A DNA stretch of 64,000 nt, taken from positions 5,935 to 69,934 of the forward strand of contig CALVSO010000002.1 in assembly GCA_944359055.1 (NCBI GenBank), written 5' to 3'. A model generated the notes under the pieces. It did not search any database and was not told the origin of the DNA. It worked only from the letters and a program-made list of their open reading frames with translations. The translations under genes were made by a program, and so were the position numbers. Below, piece by piece: positions 63,008-64,000 of the stretch (its first letter is position 1; the number at the start of each line of letters is the position of its first letter). The stretch is from an uncultured Bacilli bacterium. GTDB lineage: Bacteria > Bacillota_I > Bacilli_A > RF39 > UBA660.

Positions 63008-64000
63008 ATGGACGAGAATTATAGCTATACAGAGTACAATGAAGAAAAAAATAGAATTCCATGGCTTAGAATTCTAATATCATTTTTAATTTTAGTAGTA
63101 GGAGTAATTATAGTATTATTACTATTAAGAGCATGCGGTAAACCAGTTTTAAGAGATGATCTAATTGAAGCAGCAAAGGATTATTATGAAAAATATCCAG
63201 AATTATTGCCAAGTGAAGTTGGTGAATGTTTTATTGTGACATTAGATCAGTTAGAAAAAGAAGGATTAATCAAAGTTAGTAATTATGAAACATGTGATAA
63301 AACTAATACTTATGTAACAGTTTGTTACCTAGAAAGTAAAACATATCACTACTCAGCAAATTTAGATTGTGAAAATGAAGATAATAATTATGGTATGTGG
63401 CAAGATGGTGATGAATCTGATATTACAGAAGATTCAGATATTAGATTCAAATTTTTAGGTGAAGAAAAACAAACAGGAACTAAATATTATTATCCAAATG
63501 ATTTAACTGATGCTTCAAAAGTAATTGAGTATTATGCTAGTATACCTAAAACTGGATATAGTGGCAAAGAAGATGAACAAATAGGATATAAATGGTATAC
63601 TGAAAAAACAGTAAATAATTATTGGAATAATGGTGGATATTCATCAACTCAACCAGAAGGATATCCAACCAAAGGAAGTAGTACCACTGTAACTAAATAT
63701 TCAGATACAAAGCCAAGCGAAGCAAGTTATAGAAAAATTGAAACGTCAACTTTATATAGATATCAAGTTTTAGGAACTGAGGCACATTGGTGTCATGCAA
63801 AAGGTGATGAAAATAAAGTAACTCTTACATATGGTGAATGTGGTGGTGAATATCCAATTGAATTTTTAACTGTTTATATGTGTATGAATGATCCTAACGA
63901 TAAAGGTAGTGTTGAACAAAAAGTATGTGAGGATTTTACTGATTGGAGCAATAAAAAATGTACTGATTCATCTACTATAAATTGTGAAACAAAAACTGGA
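63008..64000 (+). CDS. Partial (3'-truncated by the window) membrane-anchored, Cys-rich extracellular protein of unknown function
   Basis: RBS agaggtgg. N-terminal TM helix (RILISFLILVVGVIIVLLLL). Open frame to the window end. Confidence 0.5.
   Translation, partial: MDENYSYTEYNEEKNRIPWLRILISFLILVVGVIIVLLLLRACGKPVLRDDLIEAAKDYYEKYPELLPSEVGECFIVTLDQLEKEGLIKVSNYETCDKTNTYVTVCYLESKTYHYSANLDCENEDNNYGMWQDGDESDITEDSDIRFKFLGEEKQTGTKYYYPNDLTDASKVIEYYASIPKTGYSGKEDEQIGYKWYTEKTVNNYWNNGGYSSTQPEGYPTKGSSTTVTKYSDTKPSEASYRKIETSTLYRYQVLGTEAHWCHAKGDENKVTLTYGECGGEYPIEFLTVYMCMNDPNDKGSVEQKVCEDFTDWSNKKCTDSSTINCETKTG

Noticed and set aside
1-64000. Possibility of a Mollicutes-type genetic code (TGA=Trp), given the extreme AT content
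   Set aside because: Trp is encoded by TGG throughout, for example in dnaB, ftsH and the r-proteins. Many well-defined genes terminate at TGA, including several with ATGA overlaps. The standard code applies.

Overview
This is a very AT-rich (about 25% GC) bacterial chromosomal window that uses the standard genetic code: TGG encodes Trp and TGA terminates. Gene content and order indicate an endospore-forming low-GC Firmicute (Clostridia-like). Almost all genes lie on the + strand, which suggests a position near the replication origin on the leading strand.

Recognisable core blocks, in order:
- yvcK-whiA
- DHH phosphoesterase-rplI-dnaB
- M23/LysM peptidase-yycJ-like MBL hydrolase-rlmH
- deoD-cdd-pdp-cinA
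- spoIIR
- tilS-ftsH
- parA-parB-mscS-DUF951
- ychF
- rpsF-ssb-rpsR
- U32 peptidase
- a complete S10-spc-alpha ribosomal super-operon from rpsJ to rplQ, including secY-adk-map-infA-rpmJ, with no rpmD (L30) between rpsE and rplO
- ecfA1-ecfA2-ecfT-truA-rplM-rpsI
- ldh and an Fe-type alcohol dehydrogenase
- RNA-modification enzymes
- a pdaB-like deacetylase, a sigma factor and cwlD

Accessory or unusual content, most interesting first:
1. An operon encoding a eukaryotic-like Ser/Thr kinase (kinase domain, 5 TM helices, 2 extracellular SH3b domains), a PP2C phosphatase and a double-FHA ABC exporter of the Rv1747 type. The kinase linker and the exporter N-terminus share a conserved DEY(D/E)KTVS(I/C)YED threonine motif.
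2. A Panacea-domain antitoxin translationally coupled to a MazF/PemK-like toxin, behind a textbook sigma-A promoter. A second divergent MazF-fold orphan lies nearby.
3. A BspA-type leucine-rich-repeat protein built from about 14 near-identical 66-nt tandem repeats.
4. An Rpn-family PD-(D/E)XK nuclease.
5. A small unknown gene flanked by a duplicated 44-bp terminator/promoter/RBS module.
6. Two unknown genes inserted between rpsI and ldh, one with a RelE/ParE-like C-terminus.

Candidate cis-regulatory leaders upstream of rpsJ, rplM and rpsF, and several intrinsic terminators, are also annotated.
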